Source of the DNA: Selaginella moellendorffii
Lineage: Eukaryota > Plantae > Lycopodiophyta
Direction of reading: 5' to 3'
Length of the DNA: 64,000 nt
Assembly: GCF_000143415.4 (NCBI RefSeq)
Contig: NW_003314310.1
Location: 1,296,611-1,360,610, forward strand
The notes below the pieces were generated by a model. The model was not told the origin of the DNA and did not search any database. It was given only the letters and a program-made list of their open reading frames with translations. The translations under genes were made by a program, and so were the position numbers. Positions 38,521 to 51,855 of this stretch are shown piece by piece. Position 1 is the stretch's first letter. Each line of letters begins with the position of its first letter.

Positions 38521-39439
38521 AAATCAAAGTGGCGTAACAAAACCATGATCTTGAAGCTTGCCATGAGGCGAGGCTATCAAGGTTAGAGGATTATTTCTCG
38601 AGTGTTTAAAGGGATGGCTTTAAATGAAAGTTAATAATTAAAGACTTTCATACTTATGAATAATACTATGTTACACTGGTCGGGTGACTTGCTAAGTGAG
38701 ATTGGCAAGTCGAGGGAACAAAGACTCTAATTGAAGGTGTTGACTTCAAAAGGGGAGGTTTATGGGGCTAAGCTGGTGATGGTTTGGAATATAAGGACAC
38801 TCATTTTTCAGTGGTTATGGACTCTCAATATGGAGGCTAGCTTGGGCACACCACCAAGCAAGGGATGTCATGAAATCATGATGCACAGTTAGATTATTTA
38901 GTGTACGAGCTCAGCATATCTAACTTGAACATTTGGTGCAAGTGACACTAAGGACGTGATGAATGAGATGGGGACACTTAGTCTCAATTGCTATGGACCC
39001 TTGGCCAAAAGGGCTGGCTTGGGAGCACTACCAAGTGTGGGGATGCCCCTAGGTGTAAGCAATCAAAGGGAACGATTTGAAAGATGATTCAAGGTTAAAT
39101 GTCCTTGGGTTTAAATAGTATTGGGTAGGAAGTCTAAATATAGGAGTTTATATTTAGTATTAGAGTGGTCTTGGGTCCAACTCTGTTGGTTGGCTAGGGG
39201 AATCACACCATATGTTGATTGACATTTAACTGGTCTAGTTTGCTCTAGTTGGGTTTGACCTAAAGGGTAGGGTGTCAAGAGAGCGGGGCTCTCCTAAGAG
39301 CTATGGATCTCAGCTTCTATTCACGAGAGTGTGAACTTGCAGGGAAGTGTGGTGGATTATAAACAACCAAAGAAAATGACTCGAGGTCTGATACTTCAAG
39401 ATACACACTTTTGGTTTGAATAGTATTGGGCTGGGTGAC

Positions 39440-42400
39440 TATCGCGAATGTGACTTCGGGTATCGAAAGTTACCTGTCGGTGAGTGCTTACGAACACTCT
39501 TTCTTTACTGCCATGATAGCAGGAGGTCGGTATTGCTGGTTCCCTTTATCAGCCCCTCTTGTTCATGTGTTAATAAATTAGGCTTAGCACTTGTACTTGG
39601 CCAGATGGACATAAGGTAGGAACTCCTATGTGTTTCTAGCTGAGCATACTCGGCCTGGCTCTTAGTTCTCTTTTGTTCTATCTTGCACTAGCTTGACAAG
39701 AACCCTCACGTATTGAGGTTCCTCAATATCACTGGATGATAGCTTACCGTGTCTGCCAAACACCTTTGCTATCATGCCCTTTGTGTTAGTCTCATTTCGG
39801 TCCCAAATGTTATTTATGGAAAATGTCTAGATTTGCTTATTTGGCATATCTATGGATTGTAGAGATTGGTCTGAACATAATGGTATTCATCCCGTGTCCA
39901 AATTTGCAATCTAGTGCCATACCATATTTAATAAGTTTCAAGCTTATCCTAGAGACTAACTCCTGATACTAAGGGAGGCTTGGGGTGAAAGCCCAAAGTG
40001 TGTGTTCCTCAAGGGGGGGGGGGGGCTATGGGGGGTTCTAAATGTATAATAGGGATAGTGGGTAGGTCAGGCATGGCTGACCAACCTGAGGCATAGTCTA
40101 GCTCCTGCTTGCATTCCTGTCCTTGTTCTACGTCCGACTTGGGTCTAAGCCCAAGTTCCATTCCATGCTAGCTGGTGGAGTACCCATATCATTGTGTTAG
40201 GCCACCAGTATGCCAAAATAATGCCAAACTCCATTTAGCTTCGTTTTGCGTGCTGGTCTTGGCATTAGGATGCTGGATACTTGTAGCGCACGTGGTTTTG
40301 ACCCTTTATCCTATGGTGATTTACCATAGGATAACACCACGAAGCGGAACCTAAACCCTCTTTGTGCCACGTGACGGATGCCACGTGTCACATGCCACAT
40401 GTCCATGCCACGTGTCCATAAGAACCCGAGGTTCAGGGCCTTGGGCCACTGAACAAAGGAATGGTGCCAAACTCCCAAGCATGGAGCCAAGGAGTGACGG
40501 AACCGAACCACGGAGCAACTCCCAAGCATGAAGCCCAAGGAGCGAAGGGACAGGAGCTCGGAGCGACTTGGAACAGTCCTAGAGTAACCAGCATCCTAAT
40601 GCCAGGACCAGCACGCAAAACGGAGCCAAACGGAGTCTAGCGCTATTTTGGCATACCAGTGGCCTAACGCGAGGATATGGGTACTCCACCAACTAGCATG
40701 GAATGGAACTTGGGCTTAGACCCAAGCTGAATGTAGAACAAGGACAGGCACGCAAGCAGGAGCTAGACTATGCCTCAGGTTGGTCAGCCATGCCCGACCT
40801 ACCCACTATCCCTACTATACATTTGGAACCCCCCACAGCCCCCCCCCCCTTGAGGAACACACGCTTTGGGCTTTCACCCCAAGCCTCCCTTAGTATCAGG
40901 AGTTAGTCTCTGGGACAAGCTCGAAACTTACTAAATATGGAATGTCCCTAGATTGCGAATTTGGACATGGGACGAACACCATTGTGTTCAGGACGTTCTC
41001 TACATTCCATAGATATGCCAAATGAGCAAATCTGGACACTTTCCATAAATAACATTTGGGACCGAAATGAGACTAACACAAAGGGCATGATAGCGAGGGT
41101 GTTTGGCAGACACGGTAAGCTATCATGTAGCGATATTGAGGGACCAATCTCAATACGCGAGGGTTCTTGTCACTAGCAAGTGCAAGACAAAACGAGACGG
41201 GAACTCCTTACCGGGCTAAGTATGCTTAGCTAATAACACGTAGGAATTCCGTCCTTATGCTCGTCCAGTCTAAGTACACTCGAAATGCCCAGTTAACTCC
41301 ACTAGCACAAGAGGGACTGATAAAGGGTCCAGCAATACCGACCTCCTGCCATCGTGGCAGTAAGGTAAGAGTGTCCGTAAGGACTAGTCGACAGGTAACT
41401 TTCGATACCTGAAGTCACATGCGCGACACTCTCCCCCCCTAGGGAAGATCGACGTCCTCGTCGATGCACACTCGAGTCTAGAATACCACCAAGGAAACAA
41501 CTCCAGAAAAAGTTCATGGTATTCACACTATGTGAGAAATGCACCAACTTAAATGAGTTAGGGGTAACCTCTTTGTCTAACGCGGATGCGCTTTCAGCTC
41601 AGACACCTTCCGGCCGTCACCGACAAGGAAATGACCAACGGAGTCAGCCACCCCTGCTGCTTTGGGAGTCACCCAGCTTACAAAAGTGTGATATGCCCTG
41701 CCCGCAGAGACATAGAGAGAGAAGCCAGAGGCCCCAACCCTCTTGAGCAAAGAAACCAAACCCGTCGGTAAGGTTTAGATAGACTACTATAAACAGGCAG
41801 TTAGAGTTGTTTACACGGTCACGCCCTTTGAACGGAATAAGGAACATCGACAGAGAGGCGGGTTATGTGACCAGTCGACTAGAGATTTCAACATGCACAC
41901 GAAGTGCCGAAGCCAGTCTGCCTATACTGGCCCAAACTCAAAGATCAATAGATGGACAATATCAAAGTTATAGACAATGATATCTTAGAGACTTAATTAT
42001 CAGTGAATAAATCTTATATTAGAACACAAAAGTATTCCAAGTAAGTTATCATTCGATAAACTAGTATTAAAGGATAGGAACCACCAAGATCATCTTTTTT
42101 TGGGAAACATAGGAATCACCATCCAACAAAAATTCAATAGCTAGGATATCATCAAGTAAACTCAATGATGAAACTTAAGCATTGAAGATTGCAGATAGAG
42201 TGCTAAACAACTTACAAAAGATAACTCAAAGAACACAAAGTATCATCGACTGGCAAGCAAAATGCTCGCAAATGTATCACCCGAAGGAAATAACATCCCA
42301 ATCTATCAGAACTAACTTGAGCAACAATCAACAGAATAGAATGAATGTGGCAAGACCAACAAACACTCGTTCATGCCAACTATCACACTAGCCAATCTGA

Positions 42401-45400
42401 ATAGACCCCGGCCAACAATACCAAGGAACCAGAGTTGCTCAAGCAAGTGTCAGCAAGATCCTATTGATGCCTCAAACCCAAGAGACCAATCCAGAGCAAA
42501 CCACAAAGAACATATGGTATTGCAAAAAGCCATAAGCCACCAAGGAGAATAACTAACTATCATGAAAGATCATCAATCATCCTATCAATAAAGAAATGCA
42601 TAATCATTATCGAAGAAAGAATCTACTATCCCGAAGAACAACAAATCATTCTATACCAACAATAATCAAGCAAAACCCTTGACAAGGATAATCAACTATC
42701 TTAGATGATAGTCAATCATCACCAATGATTGCTAGATGCAAAGACTAACGTCAACATCGAAGCTAATGAGCCAAAATGCCTTCCCTCAACAACTTCTAAC
42801 AAATGGAACAATGAGCATGAAAACTCAAATAACCAAAAGTTCGAAGAAGTCTATAGCCAAGTCTTGCCTAATAATGATCACGAGTCTCACATGGACTAAC
42901 GTCAATGCTAAAGAAGAAATCATGGTACAACCCACAATATCCTCCTCAACACATCTATAAGCTAAACTTCATAATGCAAAGTTAATGAAAAGCATTTCTG
43001 CATCAATCCAAAAGCTAAGCATAGCAAAGTTATGCTCAACAAGTGATCACTAAATGATCCTCCATGAATCCATCTATAGCAAGACGTAACTCACATCATA
43101 ACAAGCACAAGAAGAATCGTCAATGATTGATATATTCCAACTCAAATCCAATAAGGATTCAAATATTCCAATATCAATCACTAACTCTTCATCTCGTAAA
43201 GTTAGTGTTATCCACGACTAAATCACTTTTCAAGGAAACGCTGAAGCTCAACCCCTACTAAATAACCACGTTTAGAACACAACTAACTCAAACTTGCCAC
43301 TCAGTTCATTTGAACGTCAATACAGTTGCTATCTAGCAAATGCACGAATGCTAATAATACAGAGCTATAGCTAAATCATCAACACTATCTTTATCAAGAC
43401 TAATGAAACTCGACATCAATCTTGTAGAGAGACATCTCATTTCACTGAAATCTCAACATCAACAATGTCAACGATAAGGCATCACTTCAATACCATCAAC
43501 ACTAGAACAAAGCTAGAAGAAAGCACGAGTGAATCACCACTCAAAGCTCTCTAGCAACTAAACTAACCAAGGTCAAAAATACTTTAGTTAGTATCTGAGA
43601 CCAATTTCTCAACAATACTCAGGTACAGATAACACTTCCTCATGGAGTGAATCACCACATCCAAGACTCAATGAAATCCAACACTATGAACTAAACGCAA
43701 CCAAATGATATCGACAAAGGTAGAGTCGACATGCCAACATGGAAAACCCATGCAAGTTTAACGACATGATCCTCCGCAACCCCATTTGGTAAAGCAAGCC
43801 CATCACTGATAAATCTTCATCGAGTGAAGCAAGTGTCAAAAGCCCTTGACAAAGTCTACAAGCAATCACTAGTTGCAAAGCAACCAACAATCACTTGTCT
43901 TGCCTTTCACAAGACCCAAACACTAACTCATGTCATTGAGTCATATACTTGTCTAACATGAACTTAATACCTCAGGTATGAGTTAAAGGTTCATGGACAA
44001 GCATAACTAAATAACCACTCAAATCCAACTCAACCGCAATAAGCTCACTAATGCACTTAGCCAACAGCTCTGAGCATGCCTTGAAGAGGCTAGCTATACA
44101 TGATCAACACTCAGTCGAAACTAAAGTGAAGACCATGAGATGAACTCATATCGGTACACAACCTCCTCATAGACAAAGCTATAATATGAGTACTAACATC
44201 TCAAACTCAAACAACGAAGTTGAACATCACCATCCTTAGCCAAGGTGTAGGGCCACCAAGACCAAGTCAAGATCAGTGAGAGCTCACTACTCTCATTGAG
44301 TCTAACGAAATGCAAAGTGCAACCTGCCACCAAGCATAACGCTACAAAAGAAAGGCACAAGGGTCACCTTTCTAGAAAAGTGCAACGGCCACTTTTCTAC
44401 ACTAACTCCACACTCTATCCAACTTAATTGCTTTAGCCCCAAAAGTTAGCATCCCTTTCGGGTTGCATCATACAAACTACCTACTAAGATCTAAGCCAAC
44501 CGAAGTCAACTCCAACCCCTTCACTAGTTTGTATTGGCTTATGAAAACGGAATGGTTTTCGAGCAAAGTGATAACAGATCAGCCATTGGAAAAGTCTAAG
44601 AAAATTTGTGGAAAATTTCCATCCTAGAGAAAGAATGACTCTCAGTCCAGGAATTCAAACTTTCAAGACTCAACCAACTTCCTCCTACCAACAACTTCAC
44701 ATAGTTTCACCTCAACACCAATTCTCCAGATCCATAGTATGCTTAAGCCTCAAACATCTTTCTGCCCATTCTTTCGACATCCAACACTAATATCCGTAAA
44801 ATGCAAATGGAACATCCAAGGCTTGATCATGAAGACCACATCTTCGGATATCCATATTGCACTAACACTCTTCTTCAACCACTTTCAAGATCCAATGTGA
44901 AGCTAAAATACTAACAAGAAAAATGACATGGAAAATCAAGCTCTAAGGAAAATTCTTTATCACTCGAAGTAATAATGCCACTTCCACTAACACAAGTGCT
45001 AGTGATGTCAATGCCCCAACTACACATCTTCTCCATCCAACAATCTACTCCAAGTGCTAACGGATCAACTAATGAGCTATAGCAAATGCTACAACCCTTT
45101 TCCAACACCACAATGGGCAAACTCTCAAAGGAACAACGTACCAACTTAAGCTTAGCATAATGGACCACTATCGAGAATCCCGTCAAAGCTACTACAATGC
45201 TACTACTTGCAAGTAGACTAGCTTCTCCATCAACCACTTTGGGGTTGATCATCGTTTAACCAAGCAACTTCGTAAACACATTGCTCATTATCACATGGAT
45301 ATGATATGGAAATCACAATGATTTGATCATCAATTGAGCAATACCACGAGCAATGCCAATGTTATTACTTCAAAGGTTTATGTGACTATCAAGTGTCAAC

Positions 45401-47502
45401 TCGATTTGACAAAATGCAACATAAATGCCACATTCCACCAATAGAGATTAACAACACCCGACACCACTAACTTTTGTTCACAACATGGATAAACACATGC
45501 CACTCTTTTTCCGACCAAACTCAAAACTAATCCAACCAAGCTACTCAAGGAACAATAGCAAGGTTCCCGGAAAAAGAATTGAGCATTGTAACTCAAGTCT
45601 TCCAATAGCGAGCTTAGACAAAATGGTATAGCACTTCACTGCTATCTATCCCATAACTCACCATTTGTAAGACCATCATCTCCAACATGCATCAAGATAG
45701 GGACTCTTGATTGCATGATGTGAACACGAGTAATGAGTCACCCCTCGTTGCAAATCATCCCTCCAAGAAGAGAAGATGATTTATGTGTTTGATCCTTCGT
45801 CCCCAATGACTTTCTTTTCGGTCTCATCTTTGACTAAACCTCAAGCTTGCTTTCGCACTGCCTTCAGTCCAATCCAAGAAAAGTTTATGAGAGAGCACGG
45901 CAATGATTACTTGAACCAATAGACTAATCCCTACAGTCTTAGTTGATCCACTTGTAACCATGCCTAGGAAGGATCCACTAGTGCCGTGCTAAACAGCTAC
46001 GGACCAGCCTATTTGCCACTCATAGCAAACCCAAGGAAGGTTTGCTTTCACTCACGGTACATGGAACAACTCATGGAACCACCGATAGGCTAACATTAAT
46101 CCTGCCAACTCAAAGTGCAACCTTGAGTTGCTAATGTGCCTGACACACGAGCCCAAGCTCAAACTCGTGCTAATGGAGCATCTCAAATCCATCCTATGAG
46201 CCCAAGAGCAAGCTCACATCATAAGGTACAACAAGGTAACAAAAACCATACCCAAGGAACGATTGCGAAGCCTTTGCACCAAAACGTGTACCCACTCAGA
46301 TCATCATTTTCATCTCTGCGTATGCAACGAGACTAGTTGCCCAATCTCATTGTATAGTACTCGCTGAGACTCATCCTCTGATACCAAATGTAGCGCACGT
46401 GGTTTTGACCCTTTATCCTATGGTGATTTACCATAGGATAACACCACGAAGCGGAACCTAAACCCTCTTTGTGCCACGTGACGGATGCCACGTGTCACAT
46501 GCCACGTGTCCATAAGAACCCGAGGTTCAAGGCCTTGGGCCACTGAACAAAGGAATGGTGCCAAACTCCCAAGCATGGAGCCAAGGAGTGACGGAACCAA
46601 ACCACGGAGCAACTCTCGAGCATGAAGCCTAAGGAGCGAAGAGACAGGAGCCCGAAGCGACTTGGAACAGTCCTAGAGTAACCAGCATCCTAATGCCAGG
46701 ACCAGCACGCAAAACGGAGCCAAACAGAGTCTTGCGCTATTTTGGCATACCGGTGGCCTAACGCGAGGATATGGGTACTCCACCAACTAGCATGGAATGG
46801 AACTTGGGCTTAGACCCAAGCCGGACGCAGAACAAGGACAGGCACGCAAGCGGGAGCTAGACTATGCCTCAGGTTGGTCGGCCATGCCCGACCTACCCAC
46901 TATCCCTACTATACATTTGGAACCCCCCACAGCCCCCCCCCTTGAGGAACACACGCTTTGGGCTTTCACCCCAAGCCTCCCTTAGTATCAGGAGTTAGTC
47001 TCTGGGACAAGCTCGAAACTTACTAAATATGGAATGTCCCTAGATTGCGAATTTGGACATGGGACGAACACCATTGTGTTCAGGACGATCTCTACATTCC
47101 ATAGATATGCCAAATGAGCAAATCTGGACACTTTCCATAAATAGCATTTGGGACCGAAATGAGACTAACACAAAGGGCATGATAGCGAGGGTGTTTGGCA
47201 GACACGGTAAGCTATCATGTAGCGATATGCTCCTGTCCCTTCACTCCTTGGGCTAAATGCTCAAGGGTTGTTCCATACTCTAGTACCATCGCTCCTTGGC
47301 TCTATGCTTGGGAGTTTGGCACTGTTCCTCTGTTCAATGATCCAAGGCCCTGAACCTTGGGTTCTGTACCACTATCCTTTGGACACATGGCATATGACAT
47401 GTGGCATGTTTCACGTGGCATAAAGAGGGTTTAGGTTCTACTTCGTGGTGTTATTCAATTGTAAATCACCATAGGATAAAGGTTTTGACCACATGCGCTA
47501 CA
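39440..47502 (+). mobile_element. Family-A solo LTR (39440-40281 plus 47229-47502), interrupted
   Basis: Reverse complement of 40282-41428; ends GCGCTACA; TSD GTGAC/ATGAC. Confidence 0.8.
40282..47228 (-). mobile_element. Young non-autonomous family-A LTR element (LARD-like)
   Basis: 3' LTR 40282-41428; PPT AGGGGGGGAGAG; Met PBS 46376-46386; highly similar 5' LTR 46389-47228 (truncated); ~5 kb internal region with no ORF over 113 aa and no recognisable pol. Confidence 0.85.
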
Positions 47503-50064
47503 ATGACCTCCCGAGAAGTCTACATTTAGCAGTTTACATTGGGGTTTAACTTAAATGTCTGGAAAACCTAGTACCTATTGGCAAAATTATTAATATATCA
47601 AAGTGAAGATCACTAAATGATGTTGTGGCTAAGTAAGGACAAGGTCTTGTTTGGTTAAGGAATGAGATTCCTAGTTTAATGTGATGATTTGAACTGTTGA
47701 TAATGATGTGGCTTGGTCAAGGTGACCAAGTGGGAAGGACACCTAAAGGGAAATCAATTGTGTTAATGTAATGGTATAGTGAATCCAAGAAAGTAATCTT
47801 TAGGAAAGACTCATGGGAGGGTTGCAAAGTTAGGACGTGAATAGAACTTATAATAAATAATGCTCAAGAGACTTACTAGGGGTGAACACCCCTTAGACTT
47901 AGCAAAGTAGAACTTTTGTTATGGAGCTAAAAAGATACTTCAAGAATGGAAGTAGTGATCCTATGTTGTTTGGTGCAACAATCAAAGGATAGAAACAAAA
48001 GATTAATGGCCAAGATTGGGCCATAGAAGTCATTGGAAGAAATCCAAATGACAAGTTAGGCAAGAAACACCCACAAGGTGGATACTAATGGATTGTGGGA
48101 AAGGAAATATATTTCTAAGAAGTGATTCCAAAATGCTTTACTTAGCAAAGGGTAAAAGCTTCAAAAGAGATGGAGTGATAAGGTAGCCAAATGATAGGGC
48201 TATAAATAACCCTAATATGAATTATAGATAAATGGAATTTAATCCCAAGGGTGGCATGAAATAAAAGAGGAGATGATGGTATCCTTTAATAAGGAACTTC
48301 CTAAGATGGGGAAGTGGGGTTTGTATAACCTGTGTAATCCAAGGTGTTGGACACACCTAAGAAATTGACTCAAGATGTCAATATTAAAGTTCCAAAGTGT
48401 GATAGTTATGCTCGTAAGGCCGAGGCTACTCCTGAATGAGTAATCAAATTGAAATAAAGAAAGTGTCTCTAACAAATTTAGCATGAACTAAACAAAGAAA
48501 AGGGAAAGGACCACTATAAGTGGTCTAATGAATCTCTAAGTTAGAGAGGCTATGCTCGTTAAAGGATGGGCAAGGCATAGTGAGTTTTCGATGTCGAACC
48601 ATTGATGAATATTGGTTGGGTGTTAAGGATGAAAAATGGTAATCCATAATGAAGTTGCTTTGTAAAATAGTTCATCATTTAACAAGAACATAGAGGTGGT
48701 GGAGTTGTGAGACACAAATCCCTAAGACCCAAAGTGGAGCAGAAATGGTGTCACATAGTAGTGGTCAAAGTGGAAGTCCAATAGGCTTAACATGTTTGGA
48801 CCAAAGGCTTCGACTTAAAAAGTTGAGAGTGGGAGTGAAACTTTGAATGAAATGCTCTAGGGATGAGTACGAAGCAATTGGTGAATCAGTTTCTAAAAAG
48901 GGATATAAGAAGAATTGACATGTGGCAAGTGTCATGACACATAAAAGTGTTTGGAACGAGTATGAAAAGGAGTCAAATATAGACCCGAGATGGAGTTTGA
49001 GATGGAGTCAGAGATGGACCCAAGATAAAGTCCGAAATGGACCCGAGATGGAGTCCAAGATGGAGCCGAGATGGAGTCTGAAATGGACCCGAGATGGAGT
49101 CTGAAATGGACCCGAGATGGAGTCTGAAATGGACCCGAGATGGAGTCTGAAATGGACCCGAGATGGAGTCTGAGGTTGAGTCTAAAATGGACTTGAGATG
49201 GAGTCCAAGGTTGAGATCGAGGCCGAGACTAAGACCAAGACCGAGACCAAGTTCGAGTCCGAGTCCAAGTCCAAGACCAAGTCTGAGACTATGTTTGAGT
49301 TCAAGTCCGAGTCCAAGTCCATGTTTGAGGGTGAAAGCCCAAAGCAATTGTCTCCCAGACCCTTAAGGGTTTGGTGAGCTCCAAAAGTATAGTAGGGGGG
49401 AGGACTCCAATAGAGTTAGTTTAGCCAGGAAAGGCTCGTGTGACCAAGGAAGGCTATACCTATGTGTTGGGTGATGATATAACCATTGAGGATTCTAAAG
49501 ATAGAGTGAATTCAGACAAATAAATGGGGTAGCTTGATGAAGTGTTCAAGAGCTGGTTCTAGATCCCCCGGGAAATCTGATGGTCAATGCTCCCAATCCA
49601 AATATGAGTGGCACTACCTACTTGGATACCTAGTGTAGCTCATTGGAATCTCACTTTAGCCATATGGCTAGGGCAAAAGGTAGGGAAAGTACTCATAAAA
49701 CTTGCGTAGGGATATGGTGTTTCCAAATGTCATCCCAAATTCCTGGATTGTGGAAAAAAAGAGGAATAGTCCTTTTGTGTAGTGACTAAGAATACAATCA
49801 CATGGTGAGGAAGTCCTAGAGGTTAGTGGGACTTAATGGTTAATCCTTTAAGCCTTCACCCAGTGGTGGTGTTGCAAACACGGCCGTGGATAGAGATTTG
49901 GTGGGAACTGAAGAAGGGATATTGAGAAAGGATGTTCCCCATGTTTTCAAGCATCTTAAGGGTGCTAAAGTGTGGTCAAAGGATGACCACTCATTGATGG
50001 ATGGCCCAGTATTTGAGAGATGGGATGGTGATGCAAGTGGTCTTGGACTACTGATGTGATAAGG

Positions 50065-51160
50065 TGTAAGCGACTAAATTTTCCATTCTACTTTAGTCAC
50101 TTAACCACACCTCTAACCACTTGGAGGAGTCTCATTCAAAAGCTCCATAAGTCCAATCCAGGACTTGGGACTTGCTAGCCCCGAGAATGGCATCCATGCC
50201 ACTCAACATTTGCACTTGGTCCAAGTGCTCCACGTGTCCGATCCCATGACCGACACTCAAAGGTACCACCGACATAGCAGCCCGTTATGCTAAGGCCATG
50301 CCCAATCACCTTTGCCACACTGGTAGTCCAATACCACCTGCATCACCGTCTTGGCTCTCCAAGACTAGGCAAACCATCCGTGAGTGGTCATCTCAGATCC
50401 ACTCCTTAGCATCCTTAGGATGCCCACCGACAAGGGGAATAGCCTTCCCCAATATCCCTCTGTCAGTCCCCACTAAGTCCCTTCCTGCCCCTGGCTGTGT
50501 TTGCCAACACTGCCACTGGATCGAGACCCACAGGCCCGACCACTAAGTCCCACGGTCCTCTGGGACTTCCTCACCACACGACTGTGTCCTTGGTTACTAC
50601 CCCAGAGGACTGCTCCTCTTCCTTTCCACAGTCTGGGCCTTTGGGACAACATTTCGGAACACCGTGGCCTTACGCGAGCCACCTGGGTACTCTCCTCGCC
50701 TTCTGCCCTAGGGTGCTCTAGCCATGGGCTTAGAGCGGGTTCCATTGAGCCACACCAGGTATCCAAGTAGGTAGTGCCACCCACACTTGGACCGGGAGCA
50801 TCGGCCAGTCGATCTCCTGGGGGAACTAGAGCCGGCTCTTGAACACTTCACCAAGCTACCCCGCTTGTCGGTCTGTGTTCACTCTAGTCTTGGACTTCCC
50901 AGTGGGCAGCTCATCACCCAACACTGGGTCCGGCCTTCCTGGGCCAAACTGGCCTTTCCTGGCCAAACTGGCTCCACTGCAGTCCTCCCCCTACTATACT
51001 TTTGGAGCTCACCAAACCCCCCAGGGTCTGGGAGACGAACGCTTTGGGCTTTCACCCTCTCAGGCTCCGGACTCGGACTCGGACTCAGACTCAGACTCGG
51101 ACTCGGACTCGGGCTCGGGCTCGGTCTCGGCCTCGGCCTCGGTCTCAGTCTCGGTCCCGA

Positions 51161-51192
<32 letters not shown>

Positions 51193-51855
51193 CCGGTCTC
51201 GGTCTCGACTTCGGACTCCATCTCGGACTCCATCTCGGACTCCATCTCGGACTCCATCTCGGACTCCATCTCGGGTCCATGTCGGACTCCATCTCGGGTC
51301 CATCTCGGACTCCATCTCGGACTCCATTTCGGGTCCATCTCGGGTCCACCTCGGACTCCATCTCGGACTCCATCTCGGACTCCATCTCGGGTCCATCTCG
51401 GACTCCACTTCGGACTCCAACTCGGGTCCATCTTGGGTCCACCTCGGACTCCACTTCGGACTCCTTCTCGGACTCCATCTCGGGTCCATCTCGGACTCCA
51501 ACTCGGGTCCATCTCGGACTCCACTTCGGACTCCAACTCGGGTCCATCTCGGACTCCACTTCGGACTCCAACTCGGGTCCATCTCGGACTCCACTTCGGA
51601 CTCCAACTCGAGTCCATCTCGGACACTCCCACGTGTCATGTGTTGGTCCTTTTGGGTCCCTTTTTGGAGCCTCGCCTTTTGCTCGCTTCGTGCTCGTTCC
51701 TCGAGCACTTCGTTGGGAGTTCCACTCCCGCTTTTGACTTTTCAAGTCGGAGCTTTTGGTCCAAACGTGTTACGCTCGTTTGGCTCTCGCTTCGGCCACT
51801 ACCATGTGGCACCCTTCCGGCTCCACTTTGGGGCCTAGGGATTTTGTGTCTCACA
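50065..51855 (-). mobile_element. Young family-C solo LTR, antiparallel within the C-o 3' LTR
   Basis: TG...CA ends, perfect TAAGG TSD, CpG-rich and little decayed. Confidence 0.9.
51065..51625. repeat. LTR-internal minisatellite (GGACTC/GGTCTC hexamers, CTCGGACTCCAT 12-mers and higher-order units)
   Basis: Directly visible. Homologous arrays at ~24220-24530, 27715-28070, 31530-31765, 32830-33140, 36290-36560, 36880-37175, 48985-49325 and 58680-58935. Confidence 0.9.

Larger units (their letters stand above)
39054..47538 (+). mobile_element. Two-LTR Cassandra-like TRIM whose 3' LTR is split by an 8-kb insert
   Basis: 5' LTR 39054-39152, decayed PBS TTTAGTATTAGAG, 205-bp internal region, PPT GGGAAGTGTGGTGGAT, 3' LTR 39358-39439 plus 47508-47538. 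Flanks CTAGG/TTGGG could both derive from host CCGGG by transitions. Confidence 0.72.

Noticed and set aside
39960-40000. Hammerhead ribozyme (retrozyme) in LTRs, suggested by CTGAT...GAAA
   Set aside because: The core reads CTGATAC rather than CTGANGA, and the required three-stem fold was not evident.
51065-51625. CRISPR-like appearance of repeat arrays
   Set aside because: No unique spacers, no cas genes, eukaryotic LTR context.
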